From contig JANTGI010000001.1 in NCBI GenBank assembly GCA_024762995.1, positions 29,971-93,970 of the forward strand: a stretch of 64,000 bases of DNA. The letters run 5' to 3'. Below, piece after piece: positions 19,195 to 28,760 of this stretch (positions within the stretch are counted from its first letter, which is position 1; each line of letters begins with the position of its first letter). The notes beneath the pieces are model-generated. The model worked only from the letters and a program-made list of their open reading frames with translations, was not told the origin of the DNA and ran no database searches. The DNA comes from Saprospiraceae bacterium (GTDB taxonomy: Bacteria > Bacteroidota > Bacteroidia > Chitinophagales > Saprospiraceae). The translations under genes were made by a program, and so were the position numbers.

Positions 19195-19806
19195 CTATTC
19201 ATTTTGATGAAAATCCATAATATTGCCCATATTAAAGCAATTTCGGCAACGAGGCTCATAACTATCCTTTTCTCCAAGTAATACCTTTGATTTTTCTGCC
19301 GAAAGGCGATAAGAATGAGTGGCCAAATTGCCACAATGAACACATATCGGATGTACTTTTGTGATGTATTCGGCTACTGCCAAAAGCGACGGAATGGGCC
19401 CAAAAGGCTTGCCCCTAAAATCCATGTCTAAACCGGCTACGACGACTCGTTTGCCATCAAGGGCGAGCTTTTGAACCACATCTACCAATTCATCATCAAA
19501 AAATTGCGCTTCATCTATTCCGACAACAGTAGCTTCTCCCACTTGCTTCAATATTTCGGAAGACTTGTCCACCGGAATGGCCAAAAGAGCGTTTTTGTCA
19601 TGAGAGACAACTTCTGTATCTGCATATCTTATGTCTATGCTAGGCTTGAAAATAGCTACTTTTTGATGGGCAAAAGTGGCTCTCTTGAGCCGGCGGATAA
19701 GCTCTTCTGTCTTACCCGAAAACATCGCACCGCATACGACTTCAATCCAACCGCTACGTTGTCCTTTATAATGTGGTTCTAAAAACATGAATTGAGAATT
19801 TGCCAC
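19195..19806 (-). CDS. tdk: thymidine kinase
   Basis: 203 aa with a P-loop ([11 protein letters not shown]). The C-terminal zinc-ribbon cysteines (CVHCG...CRNC) are typical of type II thymidine kinase. Confidence 0.9.
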   Translation of the reverse strand: MANSQFMFLEPHYKGQRSGWIEVVCGAMFSGKTEELIRRLKRATFAHQKVAIFKPSIDIRYADTEVVSHDKNALLAIPVDKSSEILKQVGEATVVGIDEAQFFDDELVDVVQKLALDGKRVVVAGLDMDFRGKPFGPIPSLLAVAEYITKVHPICVHCGNLATHSYRLSAEKSKVLLGEKDSYEPRCRNCFNMGNIMDFHQNE

Positions 19807-20120
19807 AAAAGTACTAATTAATGATGGGTCTGACCTAAGACTTTGGTGAGTTTCTTTTGGTTATGCTGATATCGCGTGGTTTTATAGCCGGAGCTATGAC
19901 CTAATAATTAGATAGCGGCATCATAATCAAAATAAAATTCCCTGCTACTTACTTCTATTGCCTACGTTAGAGATAGCCGGCTGAGATTTGATTATAGGAA
20001 TTTTTATGTTATGAAATTATGAATTTTTGGTATTCCATACAGAAAAGAATAAACAAGTTTTATATCTTTACCGTTTGGTAATTCGTTGCTACCCGTATCC
20101 TTTCAAGAAAAATAAATCTC

Positions 20121-20810
20121 ATGCCAATAGATGTGAAAAAAGGTCAAATGCTCATCCGTAAAATCCAATATTTGTTGGACGGGCTGGAGCTCAATGCCGC
20201 TGAAATATCAAGTATTGAAAAAGACTTGATGATGGGCTATATCAGTTCTTTGTACGAATTGTTTTTATTTGATGACTCTTCCGGTCAGCCGGTGGCGGCG
20301 GTAGAAGTGAAGCCAAAACCTAAGGTGGTGCCGGTAACCAATGAAGTCCGAGAAGTAGTGCCACCAAAGCCTTCAGTTAAGCCTAAACCGGAGCCAAAGC
20401 CCCAACCGGAGCCGGTCGTTCAGCCGGAGCCCGTTGTTGTTAAGGAGCCGCCTGTAGTCAGCCGGCCTGTGATTGAAAAGCCGGCTAAACCTCGTGTGCA
20501 TCCGGATCATGAGCCATTATTTGCTTTTAAAAAAGCCACAGACCTTTCGGAAAAACTTAGAGAAAGGCCGGTCTCTGACTTAAATAAAGCCTTCGCCATT
20601 AATGATCGCTTGTTGACCATTAGTAAGCTTTTTGATGGCGATGACAAGGTGTTTAAGGAAGTTATTGGAGATTTAAACCGATTGAGCTCATTTGATGATG
20701 CTAAAATATATCTCAGCTCGAAGGTTGTGGATAAGTATAATTGGGCATCTAAAGCACGCTCCAAAACGGCAAAAATCTTTATTCAAACGGTAAGCCGTCG
20801 ATATTTGTAA
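20121..20810 (+). CDS. hypothetical protein with a central Pro-rich linker
   Basis: 229 aa. A helical N-terminal domain is followed by a PKPKVVP...KPKPEPKPQPEPVVQPEPVV linker and a C-terminal globular domain. Confidence 0.55.
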   Translation: MPIDVKKGQMLIRKIQYLLDGLELNAAEISSIEKDLMMGYISSLYELFLFDDSSGQPVAAVEVKPKPKVVPVTNEVREVVPPKPSVKPKPEPKPQPEPVVQPEPVVVKEPPVVSRPVIEKPAKPRVHPDHEPLFAFKKATDLSEKLRERPVSDLNKAFAINDRLLTISKLFDGDDKVFKEVIGDLNRLSSFDDAKIYLSSKVVDKYNWASKARSKTAKIFIQTVSRRYL

Positions 20811-20889
20811 TTGCTTTGAAAGAGTGGTGAAGTAAGTAGGCAAAAATCAATGCTGTCAATAGAGTTGAAAAGAAAATAAAAAAAAATCG

Positions 20890-21864
20890 ATGAAAAAAAT
20901 TGGTGTTTTTACTTCTGGAGGAGATTCTCCGGGAATGAATGCGGCGATTCGAGCAGTAGTTCGGACCGCCATTTATTTGGGAATGACGCCTTATGGTATC
21001 TACCGGGGGTATCAAGGAATGATTGAAGGAGATATCGAGGAGATGAATGCGCATTCCGTTAGTAATATCTTACAAATAGGTGGTACCATCTTGAGGTCTG
21101 CACGAAGTGAAGCTTTTAGGACACCGGAGGGCAGAAAAAAGGCCTATGAGATGTTGAAGAAACATGGGATAGACGGATTAGTAGGCATTGGTGGAGATGG
21201 AACCTTTACGGGGGCTAGAGTATTTATGAAAGAGTATCCGGATATTCGTTTTGTGGGGTTGCCGGGTACGATTGATAATGATTTGGTGGGTACTGATTAC
21301 ACGATTGGGTATGATACCGCGATAAATACGGCCATGGAAGCGATAGATAAAATCAAGGATACAGCCAATTCTTTCGATCGTTTATTTTTTGTGGAAGTGA
21401 TGGGACGTGATGCGGGATTTATTGCGTTACGTGTAGGTATTGCGACCGGTGCGGAAGCTGTTTTGATTCCGGAAAGCAAGACGGATATTGATGAGTTGGT
21501 TCATCGCTTACGCCAAAATTCCTTGCGACGCAAAAACTCTGCCTTGGTCATCGTGGCGGAAGGAGATGATGCCGGAGGGGCTTTTGAGATTGCGCAGCAA
21601 GTGAAGGAAAGGGGGTTTGAGCAATATGAAATCAGAGTATCCGTTTTGGGGCATATACAGAGAGGGGGAAGCCCTACTTGTATGGATCGTATGTTGGCCA
21701 GCCGTTTGGGGATGGAAGCCGTCAAAGCACTTCGAGACGGAGTCAGTGGGGTTTTGGTGGGTAAAAAGTGTAAGGATATCGTTTATACACCATTTGAAAA
21801 GGCGATTAAGGATAAGCAAAAGCTCAATCCGTTGTTGTTGGATATTGTCGATATATTGTCCTAA
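20890..21864 (+). CDS. pfkA: ATP-dependent 6-phosphofructokinase
   Basis: 324 aa with the motifs GVFTSGGDSPGMNAAIR, GGDGT and PGTIDND. Confidence 0.92.
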   Translation: MKKIGVFTSGGDSPGMNAAIRAVVRTAIYLGMTPYGIYRGYQGMIEGDIEEMNAHSVSNILQIGGTILRSARSEAFRTPEGRKKAYEMLKKHGIDGLVGIGGDGTFTGARVFMKEYPDIRFVGLPGTIDNDLVGTDYTIGYDTAINTAMEAIDKIKDTANSFDRLFFVEVMGRDAGFIALRVGIATGAEAVLIPESKTDIDELVHRLRQNSLRRKNSALVIVAEGDDAGGAFEIAQQVKERGFEQYEIRVSVLGHIQRGGSPTCMDRMLASRLGMEAVKALRDGVSGVLVGKKCKDIVYTPFEKAIKDKQKLNPLLLDIVDILS

Positions 21865-21920
21865 ATCCGGCAAATACTCCGGGACAAGGGACTTCAGGAG
21901 TTCTTTAGAAATCAATCAAC

Positions 21921-22616
21921 ATGGAAAATGTGAATAGTCCAAAGATAGAATGGAAGAGATTGACCTTTCCAATAGGGTTTTTGGCTATTATTTGGGTTGT
22001 CCACTTGATTAAGGTGCTTGGTGGCTATGATTTAGGACTTTATTTTGGGCTAAAGCCGTTATCTGTTCCGAGGCTTTCCGGCATATTGACAAGTCCATTG
22101 ATTCACGGTGATTGGGGGCATTTGTTCGGTAACACGTTGTCGTTTGCGGGACTTGGCTTTTTTTTGTTTTATTTTTATCGAAAGATTGCCCTAAAAAGCT
22201 TCTTCTTGATTTATTTGATGACCGGAGTGGGCGTATGGCTTTTTGGAAAAAATGGATTTCATATTGGTGCAAGTGGCATTGTATATGGGATGGCGGCCTT
22301 ACTCTTTTGGATCGGGATATTTCGTCGAAATGTTCGGTCGATAGCGATTTCATTAGTTGTGTTGACCTTATATAGCGGGATGTTTTATGGATTGCTTCCA
22401 AAAGAGAAGATTTCTTACGAAAGCCATATTGCCGGGGCTATAGCCGGTATTTTTGCCGCTTATTACTATAAAGACGATATAGAAGCCGAAGAAGAAAAAA
22501 GGGAAGAAGTGCCGGAGCATCCCAAAAAATATTTTTTACCTAGGGATGTTTTTGAAAAAACTAAGTTTGAGCGATGGCAAGATTTACAAAAAGATCAAGC
22601 CGATGATGAGCTTTAA
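21921..22616 (+). CDS. rhomboid family membrane protein
   Basis: 231 aa polytopic protein. It has a GASGIVYG serine motif and a downstream SHIAGAIAG histidine helix, followed by an acidic C-terminal tail. Confidence 0.75.
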   Translation: MENVNSPKIEWKRLTFPIGFLAIIWVVHLIKVLGGYDLGLYFGLKPLSVPRLSGILTSPLIHGDWGHLFGNTLSFAGLGFFLFYFYRKIALKSFFLIYLMTGVGVWLFGKNGFHIGASGIVYGMAALLFWIGIFRRNVRSIAISLVVLTLYSGMFYGLLPKEKISYESHIAGAIAGIFAAYYYKDDIEAEEEKREEVPEHPKKYFLPRDVFEKTKFERWQDLQKDQADDEL

Positions 22617-22626
22617 ATAAATTGGG

Positions 22627-22908
22627 ATGAGATATACAAAAGGAACACTAAAAAAAGTGGAAACACTACTCAAGGAGCTAGGTTATACCATTCGCTACGA
22701 AAAAGGAAGTTTCGTATCGGGATATGCCATTGTGGAGCACCGAAAAATCGCCGTCATTAATCGCTTTTTTGATGCAGAAGCACGGATCAATGCCTTGTTT
22801 GAGATTCTCTCTAGTATCGAAGTCGATGAAAGCGGATTGTCAGAAGAATCCTTGGATATGTTTTATCTATTAAAAGTCGCCAAAAAGCCAATGGAAGATG
22901 AAACGTAG
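22627..22908 (+). CDS. hypothetical small protein
   Basis: 93-aa ORF in a tight same-strand array. It overlaps the next gene by 11 nt, which suggests translational coupling. I recognise no motif. Confidence 0.5.
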   Translation: MRYTKGTLKKVETLLKELGYTIRYEKGSFVSGYAIVEHRKIAVINRFFDAEARINALFEILSSIEVDESGLSEESLDMFYLLKVAKKPMEDET

Positions 22909-23674
22909 TTTTACGTTTTTGGGGACAGGGACGTCACAGGGTATTCCGGTTATTGGCTGCGATTGTGATGTATGCCGGTCAAGCGACCCCAAGGATAAAC
23001 GATTAAGAGTGGCCGGTTTGGTGACCTTTGGGGAGCATCGTATCTCTGTGGATGCAGGGCCTGATTTTAGGCAGCAGATGCTTTCGCAAAATGTAAAATC
23101 CTTAGAGGCTATTCTTTTGACCCATGAGCATAATGACCATATTATCGGTTTGGATGATATTCGTCCGCTGTATTTTAGACAAAAAGTGGATATGCCGGTA
23201 TATGGATTGGAGAGGGTCTTGGCTGAAGTGAGAGAACGATTTTCCTACTTTTTTTTAGAAAACCGGTATCCGGGGGTTCCTAGGATTGAATTGCATCCGA
23301 TTAGTAAGGAGACGACCTTCTTTATACAAGGTATGCCTATTGTTCCGATTGAGGTGATGCATGGAAAAATGCCGATTATGGGCTATCGTTTTGGCGATTT
23401 GGTGTATATCACCGATGCAAAATCTATTTCGGAAGAAGAAACAAAAAAAATTATTGGTTGTAAGACATTGATTATTAATGCCTTGCATCATCGAGTGCAT
23501 CATTCGCATTTTAATCTAGATGAAGCGTTGGCCTTCATTGAAAAAGTGCAGCCGGAAAGAGCCTGGTTGACACACATGAGTCATATCATGGGCCTTCATC
23601 ATCAGGTGAATCCAAAGCTTCCGCAAAATGTAAGTTTAGCTTATGATGGACTCACTATTGATTTTGTGTGTTAA
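22898..23674 (+). CDS. MBL-fold metallo-hydrolase
   Basis: 258 aa with the metallo-beta-lactamase motif THEHNDH and an N-terminal CDCxxC cysteine cluster, PhnP/GPMC-like. Confidence 0.8.
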   Translation: MKRSFTFLGTGTSQGIPVIGCDCDVCRSSDPKDKRLRVAGLVTFGEHRISVDAGPDFRQQMLSQNVKSLEAILLTHEHNDHIIGLDDIRPLYFRQKVDMPVYGLERVLAEVRERFSYFFLENRYPGVPRIELHPISKETTFFIQGMPIVPIEVMHGKMPIMGYRFGDLVYITDAKSISEEETKKIIGCKTLIINALHHRVHHSHFNLDEALAFIEKVQPERAWLTHMSHIMGLHHQVNPKLPQNVSLAYDGLTIDFVC

Positions 23675-23943
23675 ACGGTGAGCGTCAGGCGGTATTTTGG
23701 TTACGCAGGTTTTGGCACTTAGAAAAGCCCGTGCATATTGGGTTATAATCAAGTAGAGATAACTTATGTATCAAAAAATCAACCCTTAACGTACACGGAA
23801 ATGCCTATTCTCTGCACAAAAAAAGGATTGCCTAAGCAGGATGCCAAGCAAATTAGTTTTTTTTGGACTATCTTCGCAAAGTATTTTCTTTCGAATCTGT
23901 ACGAGAATGTCCGGCTGTCATTAATAAACCCTTATCGCACGAC

Positions 23944-24903
23944 TTGAAAAAATTAATCTTTCTTTTCCTTTTTGTTTCGTCACTGCTCCATGGCCAGCAG
24001 GTAGAGCAGTATAGTTTTGGTCTATTATATGATGGACTACGCAATCCGGCGGCCATTGGTCGTGCGGAGTCTCTGCGGGCAATCGGTATTGTGCGCCAAC
24101 AATGGGTTGGGTTGTCCGGCAGCCCGTCAAGCCAATATGGAGTGATAGATGTCCCATTAGGTATGCTTTCGGGCGGTGTCGGTCTTTCTTTCCAACAAAG
24201 TACGTTAGGAGCACACAAGGTGCAAAGAGCTAAGCTTGGATATAGTTTTCATAAGCCATTTGGCGACCATAGTTATGTGGCGATAGGGACCATGATTGGA
24301 ATGATGATGGTGGAGTATGACGGAAATAAGCTGCGTACACCTAGTGGTATTTATGGTAACGGGCAAATCGAGCATCATGATGATTTGTTGAGCTTGGTGC
24401 CCTTTTCGGGTAATACTTATGGTGTGGATGTCGGATTATATGGTCGCATTCAAAACTTGGATATAGGACTTTCGGTGGTTAATGCCCTTGCGGGAAAAAT
24501 GCAGATTGATCAATTGACCTATGAGCCCCAACGACACTTCTTTGGGCAATTGGGCTATGAATTTGACTGGAGTGGGGCGATACAACTAAAAACGGGAGTC
24601 CAAGTATATGCTAATAGCACAATCCTTCAGAGTCAGGCCTTGATTATGGGGACTTGGAATGAGGTCTATTCTCTTGGGGCAACCATACGAGGATATGGAA
24701 AGACAAGCCAAGAATCCATCGGAGGAATTGCAGGAATAAAGCTAAATGAGCATTTTCAGCTTTTTTATTCCTACGAATACAATATTCTGCCGCTCAGAAA
24801 TGTTTTTGATGCAAATCATGAGCTGGCAATAGTATACTCTTTGAACAAGCCCATAGGGAAGGGGCGATTGCCGAAAGTGATTTATAATCCCCGTTATTTT
24901 TAA
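23944..24903 (+). CDS. porP: T9SS PorP/SprF family membrane protein
   Basis: The signal peptide is followed by the PorP/SprF N-terminal signature QQVEQYSF...NPAAIG...RQQWVGLSGSPSSQ. It sits immediately upstream of gldK, as in the porP-porKLMN arrangement. The in-frame TTG at 23944 (LKKLIFLFLFVSS...) is preferred; the track ORF begins at an upstream TTG at 23863. Confidence 0.8.
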   Translation: MKKLIFLFLFVSSLLHGQQVEQYSFGLLYDGLRNPAAIGRAESLRAIGIVRQQWVGLSGSPSSQYGVIDVPLGMLSGGVGLSFQQSTLGAHKVQRAKLGYSFHKPFGDHSYVAIGTMIGMMMVEYDGNKLRTPSGIYGNGQIEHHDDLLSLVPFSGNTYGVDVGLYGRIQNLDIGLSVVNALAGKMQIDQLTYEPQRHFFGQLGYEFDWSGAIQLKTGVQVYANSTILQSQALIMGTWNEVYSLGATIRGYGKTSQESIGGIAGIKLNEHFQLFYSYEYNILPLRNVFDANHELAIVYSLNKPIGKGRLPKVIYNPRYF

Positions 24904-24988
24904 TCCGAATGAAGGAAATATCTTGTTGGAAGAGAATATTGGTATGAATATTGTCGTTTGGAATGCAAAAGAATTGCAAAATTATACT

Positions 24989-24996
24989 TACTTTTG
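24989..24996 (+). promoter_or_regulatory. candidate -7 promoter box (TActTTTG) upstream of gldK
   Basis: TACTTTTG lies 98 nt upstream of the gldK ATG. Confidence 0.3.
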
Positions 24997-25093
24997 CTTT
25001 TCTTTTGTCGATTAGAGAGAATAGACAATTTTTTCAATCGGTAAAACGTACACATTCCAGTAATTTTAAAATGTGAAAATTAGGGTGTCAAAA

Positions 25094-26335
25094 ATGAGAA
25101 ATTTAACTAAGTTTTTAATGGTTGGTCTAGTACTAACAATTGGCCTTTCTTCTTGTGGCCGCAAAGGTAATGGACAGTTAGTCGGTGTATTGGACCGTCC
25201 ATCTTGGAAAGGAATTAATCCGTATGGAATGGTGAATATCCCATCCGGAAGATTACACATTGGTGCAGGTGATGAAGATATTACAGGTACAATGATGGCA
25301 AGAAATAAAGCCATTTCCATTAGTGGGTTTTATATGGATGAAACCGAAATCACCAATAATGAGTATCGTCAATTTGTGTCTTGGGTACGTGATTCTATCG
25401 CACACTCTATGATGGATCACTTCATTGAAGATGAACAAGGGAATACTTATGTTGATTGGGATCAGGACCTTGACTACGAATCCGAAGAATTGGAGGATAT
25501 GTTCTACCAAGGTGATGATCGTTTTGCTGGAAAGCGTGAAATGGATGTTTCTCAATTAGTTTTTGAATATCAATGGAAGGACTGGAAAGGAATGGCACAT
25601 GCAAAACCGGATCAGTCAAGAACGGACTTTATTCATAAAGAAGAAGTGAATATTTATCCGGATACTTTGGTTTGGATTCGTGACTTTGCTTATTCATATA
25701 ATGAGCCGATGACACGTAACTATTTTTGGCATCCGGCGTTTGATGATTATCCGGTTGTAGGAGTTAGTTGGAAAACCGCTAGAGCCTTTTCTTACTGGAG
25801 AACATTACTATGGAATTCTTATGGCGGAAATGGTGCCTTAAACTCTGAAGATTTTAGACTACCTTTTGAGCATGAATGGGAATATGCGGCACGTGGCGGT
25901 CATGATTTGGTGAGATTCCCTTGGGGAGATTATTATTTGAGAAATTCAAAAGGCTGTCTATTGGCTAACTTTAAGCCCGGTAGAGGTAATTACCCTGAAG
26001 ATGGGGGATTATACACCGTAAAAGCTGACGCTTATTATCCAAATGATTTTGGTCTTTATAATATGGCCGGTAATGTGGCCGAATGGACAGAGTCCGCTTT
26101 CTATGAAAATGCTTACTCGTTTATTCATGACTTAAATCCGGATGTTAGATTCTCTGCAGATGACGATGCACCGGAAGTGCAGAAGAGAAAGGTCGTTCGC
26201 GGTGGATCATGGAAAGATGTAGGATACTTCTTGGAAACAGGAACAAGGTCTTGGGAATTTCAAGATACCACAAAATCGTACATTGGATTTCGTTGCGCTT
26301 TGTCTTTCTTAGGACGTTCTGCTAAGGATTTTTAA
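25094..26335 (+). CDS. gldK: gliding motility/T9SS lipoprotein GldK (PorK)
   Basis: Lipoprotein signal (LVLTIGLSSCG) plus a formylglycine-generating-enzyme (SUMF1)-like domain (RGGSWKD, GFRCA). It is followed by gldL, gldM and gldN. The ATG at 25094 is preferred over the upstream GTG. Confidence 0.9.
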   Translation: MRNLTKFLMVGLVLTIGLSSCGRKGNGQLVGVLDRPSWKGINPYGMVNIPSGRLHIGAGDEDITGTMMARNKAISISGFYMDETEITNNEYRQFVSWVRDSIAHSMMDHFIEDEQGNTYVDWDQDLDYESEELEDMFYQGDDRFAGKREMDVSQLVFEYQWKDWKGMAHAKPDQSRTDFIHKEEVNIYPDTLVWIRDFAYSYNEPMTRNYFWHPAFDDYPVVGVSWKTARAFSYWRTLLWNSYGGNGALNSEDFRLPFEHEWEYAARGGHDLVRFPWGDYYLRNSKGCLLANFKPGRGNYPEDGGLYTVKADAYYPNDFGLYNMAGNVAEWTESAFYENAYSFIHDLNPDVRFSADDDAPEVQKRKVVRGGSWKDVGYFLETGTRSWEFQDTTKSYIGFRCALSFLGRSAKDF

Positions 26336-26354
26336 TCGAAATGTCTGTGTGAGC

Positions 26355-26399
26355 CGACAGAATTAGAGAAAATGGGGAGTCCTTCTCCCCATTCTGTCG
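26355..26399 (+). other. two-tier stem-loop in the gldK-gldL spacer
   Basis: The outer 9-bp stem is CGACAGAAT/ATTCTGTCG. The inner 6-bp stem is GGGGAG/CTCCCC. The 5' side has an asymmetric internal loop. No U-run follows the structure. Confidence 0.6.
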
Positions 26400-26469
26400 A
26401 AAAATGCTCATATTTTTACAAAAAAACATACTTTTCTTGCTGTACATGTGGCAATTAGCCAAATTTGTG

Positions 26470-26477
26470 TACATTTG
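26470..26477 (+). promoter_or_regulatory. candidate -7 promoter box (TAcaTTTG) upstream of gldL
   Basis: TACATTTG lies 39 nt upstream of the gldL ATG. Confidence 0.35.
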
Positions 26478-26515
26478 GCACTGGAAATTAATTTGTAACC
26501 GAAAAATTTTAAAAA

Positions 26516-27097
26516 ATGAGTTTTCTTCATTCAAAAGGGTTTAAATACCTAAAGAATCTAATTATTGGGGTTGGAGCTGCTGTTGTATTAATAGGCGCCC
26601 TATTCAAAATCATGCACCATCCGTTAGGGAATGTTCTATTGCCTATAGGAATGGGTACGGAAGCCTTTATTTTCTTTTTCTTAGGTGTTATTGGACCGGA
26701 GAAAGATTACTACTGGGAAAAACTTTACCCCGGATTAGATAAATACAATGCGGATGTCGCTCCCTTGGCTGCCGGTGGAGGCGGAGGGCAAGCCCTAAAT
26801 GCTCCTGCTGTTGAAGAAAAACTGGGCGGAATGCTTAGTGAACTTCAAATCATGTCTAAAAGTATGTCCTCTCTGAAGGCGCTTCAGGATGCTGATTTTA
26901 CAGGTACTGCTGATCAAATCAAAACAATGGGTAATTTCTACAGCAAGTTGAATGAAGCCATGGCCAGCTTAGCAGATTCTGCAGAAGATGCAAAGCAATA
27001 TAAAGAGCAAATGAAATCATTAAACCATAATCTTGGTTCGTTGAATAGTGTTTACGGTAATATGTTGAATGCGATGAATCCAAATCGCCAGGCTTAA
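26516..27097 (+). CDS. gldL: gliding motility/T9SS protein GldL (PorL)
   Basis: 193 aa. Two N-terminal TM helices include the GldL-typical GALFKIMH and the TM2 glutamate (GTEAFIFF). A cytoplasmic helical tail follows. Confidence 0.9.
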   Translation: MSFLHSKGFKYLKNLIIGVGAAVVLIGALFKIMHHPLGNVLLPIGMGTEAFIFFFLGVIGPEKDYYWEKLYPGLDKYNADVAPLAAGGGGGQALNAPAVEEKLGGMLSELQIMSKSMSSLKALQDADFTGTADQIKTMGNFYSKLNEAMASLADSAEDAKQYKEQMKSLNHNLGSLNSVYGNMLNAMNPNRQA

Positions 27098-27142
27098 GCC
27101 GTTGTGATCGAAAAATTCTCTCAAATTAAAAACGATTAACCT

Positions 27143-28690
27143 ATGTCAATACCAAAGGAACCGCGGCAGTTAATGATTAACTTGATGTATTTAGTGCTTA
27201 CAGCGATGTTGGCGTTAAATGTATCTGCGGAAATAATGAATGCTTTTTATAAACTGGATAAAGGTAATGTGAAAAGTTCAAACATCATTTCATCTAGTAA
27301 CAATAAAATGATGGGACTGATTGAGCAGCAAGCAGATGCCTATAAAGATAAGGACAGAGAAGCCTACAAAGAAAAAGCGAATAAGGCACGTCAAATTGAA
27401 GCTGATTTGTCTGCTTACATTGAAGATTTAAGAAAAGAACTTTTTGAAGGAGCTGGTGGGCCTTCTGAAGAAGATCCAACAATTCCGGTTAGAAAAGATG
27501 ACAAGGAAATAGCGACTAGATTACTTGTAGGAGAAGTGCCTAGTCCTGATAGCAGAGGAATGGAGTTGAAAGCAAAAATTGACAAGGCACGAGAAGAACT
27601 TTTGAATCTTGTTGATGAAAAGGATAGAGCAAGCTTTGAGGATAAAATTGCCTTGAAAACGGAGCCTATGCCCGAGAAAACTGAAAAGAAAAACTGGGCA
27701 GATTTTAATTTCTACCAAATGCCCGTAGCGGCGGTGTTCCCAATGTTGAGTAAGTTTGAACTGGATGCTAAATCTTCAACCACATCCATATTAAACTACG
27801 TGTTTAATAAGGTGGTTGGTGAAGAGGTGAAATTTGATAAGTTTCAACCCGTCATTTCTGCAACTAAAGGTTATGTCATCGCCGGTGACAAGTACGAAGC
27901 TGAGATCTTCCTAAGTGCGTTTAGCTCTCAAAATGCCGGAGGTACTAAAATTTCAGTGAATGGGACTCCTTTAAAAGTTAAGGATGGTAAAGCGACTTAT
28001 ACGACGACTCCATCAACAACAGGGGTCAAAAAGTATAATGTAAGTATTTCTGTAACGAATCCATTAACTAAGAAAACGGAAACTTACAAGAAGACATTTG
28101 AATATGAGGTGGGAAGACGCTCTGTAGCGGTTTCGGCCGATAAGATGAATGTATTTTACATTGGAGTAGATAACCCAGTTTCTGTGTCTGCAGCAGGTGT
28201 CTCTTCTAATCAGTTGAAAGTGACCGGTTCTGGTATTAACATTACCAAAAACGGACCGGGAAAGTATAATGTGACAGCTAGAAAACCGAGTAATGATGCG
28301 TATATTACCGTATCCGGTGGTGGGTTAAAGCCAACTAAATTCAAGTATCGCGTCAAGCGTATTCCGGACCCTATTGCCGTCTTGGGTAACAATAAAGCGG
28401 GGTCAATAGGTAATGGAACGATGAAAGCTCAGCGTGGATTGATTGCTAAACTCGAAAACTTTGATTTTGAAGCAAGATGTAATATTCAAGGATTTGAGAT
28501 GACCTATTTGCGAAAGAGAGAAGATGGAGTGGTTGTCAGAAATAGCGGAGGTACTTTTAAGCCTGAAGCTTTGCGTTTGGTAAAAAAGGCGAGACCGGGA
28601 GATATGTACTATTTTGAGAAGATTAAGGCGAAATGTCCCGGGGATGCAGCAGGAAGAAGCATTCCTAGTATCGCTTTCAAAATAAGATAG
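27143..28690 (+). CDS. gldM: gliding motility/T9SS protein GldM (PorM)
   Basis: 515 aa. The N-terminal signature PRQLMINLMYLVLTAMLALNVS is the conserved GldM TM helix. A long periplasmic region follows. Confidence 0.92.
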   Translation: MSIPKEPRQLMINLMYLVLTAMLALNVSAEIMNAFYKLDKGNVKSSNIISSSNNKMMGLIEQQADAYKDKDREAYKEKANKARQIEADLSAYIEDLRKELFEGAGGPSEEDPTIPVRKDDKEIATRLLVGEVPSPDSRGMELKAKIDKAREELLNLVDEKDRASFEDKIALKTEPMPEKTEKKNWADFNFYQMPVAAVFPMLSKFELDAKSSTTSILNYVFNKVVGEEVKFDKFQPVISATKGYVIAGDKYEAEIFLSAFSSQNAGGTKISVNGTPLKVKDGKATYTTTPSTTGVKKYNVSISVTNPLTKKTETYKKTFEYEVGRRSVAVSADKMNVFYIGVDNPVSVSAAGVSSNQLKVTGSGINITKNGPGKYNVTARKPSNDAYITVSGGGLKPTKFKYRVKRIPDPIAVLGNNKAGSIGNGTMKAQRGLIAKLENFDFEARCNIQGFEMTYLRKREDGVVVRNSGGTFKPEALRLVKKARPGDMYYFEKIKAKCPGDAAGRSIPSIAFKIR

Positions 28691-28760
28691 AATCTTAAAA
28701 TAAGAGAACATCAAAACTCGTTTAGGTAACCTAAACACAGATTAATAAATAACTGAGAAA

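Noticed and set aside
19807-20120. CTGAGA-containing stretch in the tdk/hypothetical divergent spacer, considered as a TPP riboswitch
   Set aside because: Only the short CTGAGA word is present. The conserved pairing elements and pyrimidine-sensor helix are absent, and the downstream gene has no relation to thiamine.
23738-23947. 69-aa ORF, and the 5' extension of the porP ORF (23863-23943)
   Set aside because: It has no motifs. It overlaps a near-consensus promoter box (TATCTTCG at 23868-23875). The PorP signal peptide begins at the in-frame TTG at 23944.
25094-26335. FGE/SUMF1-like domain read as a sulfatase-maturating enzyme
   Set aside because: The lipoprotein signal and the position directly upstream of gldL-gldM-gldN identify it as GldK/PorK, a structural T9SS ring component known to carry an FGE-like fold.
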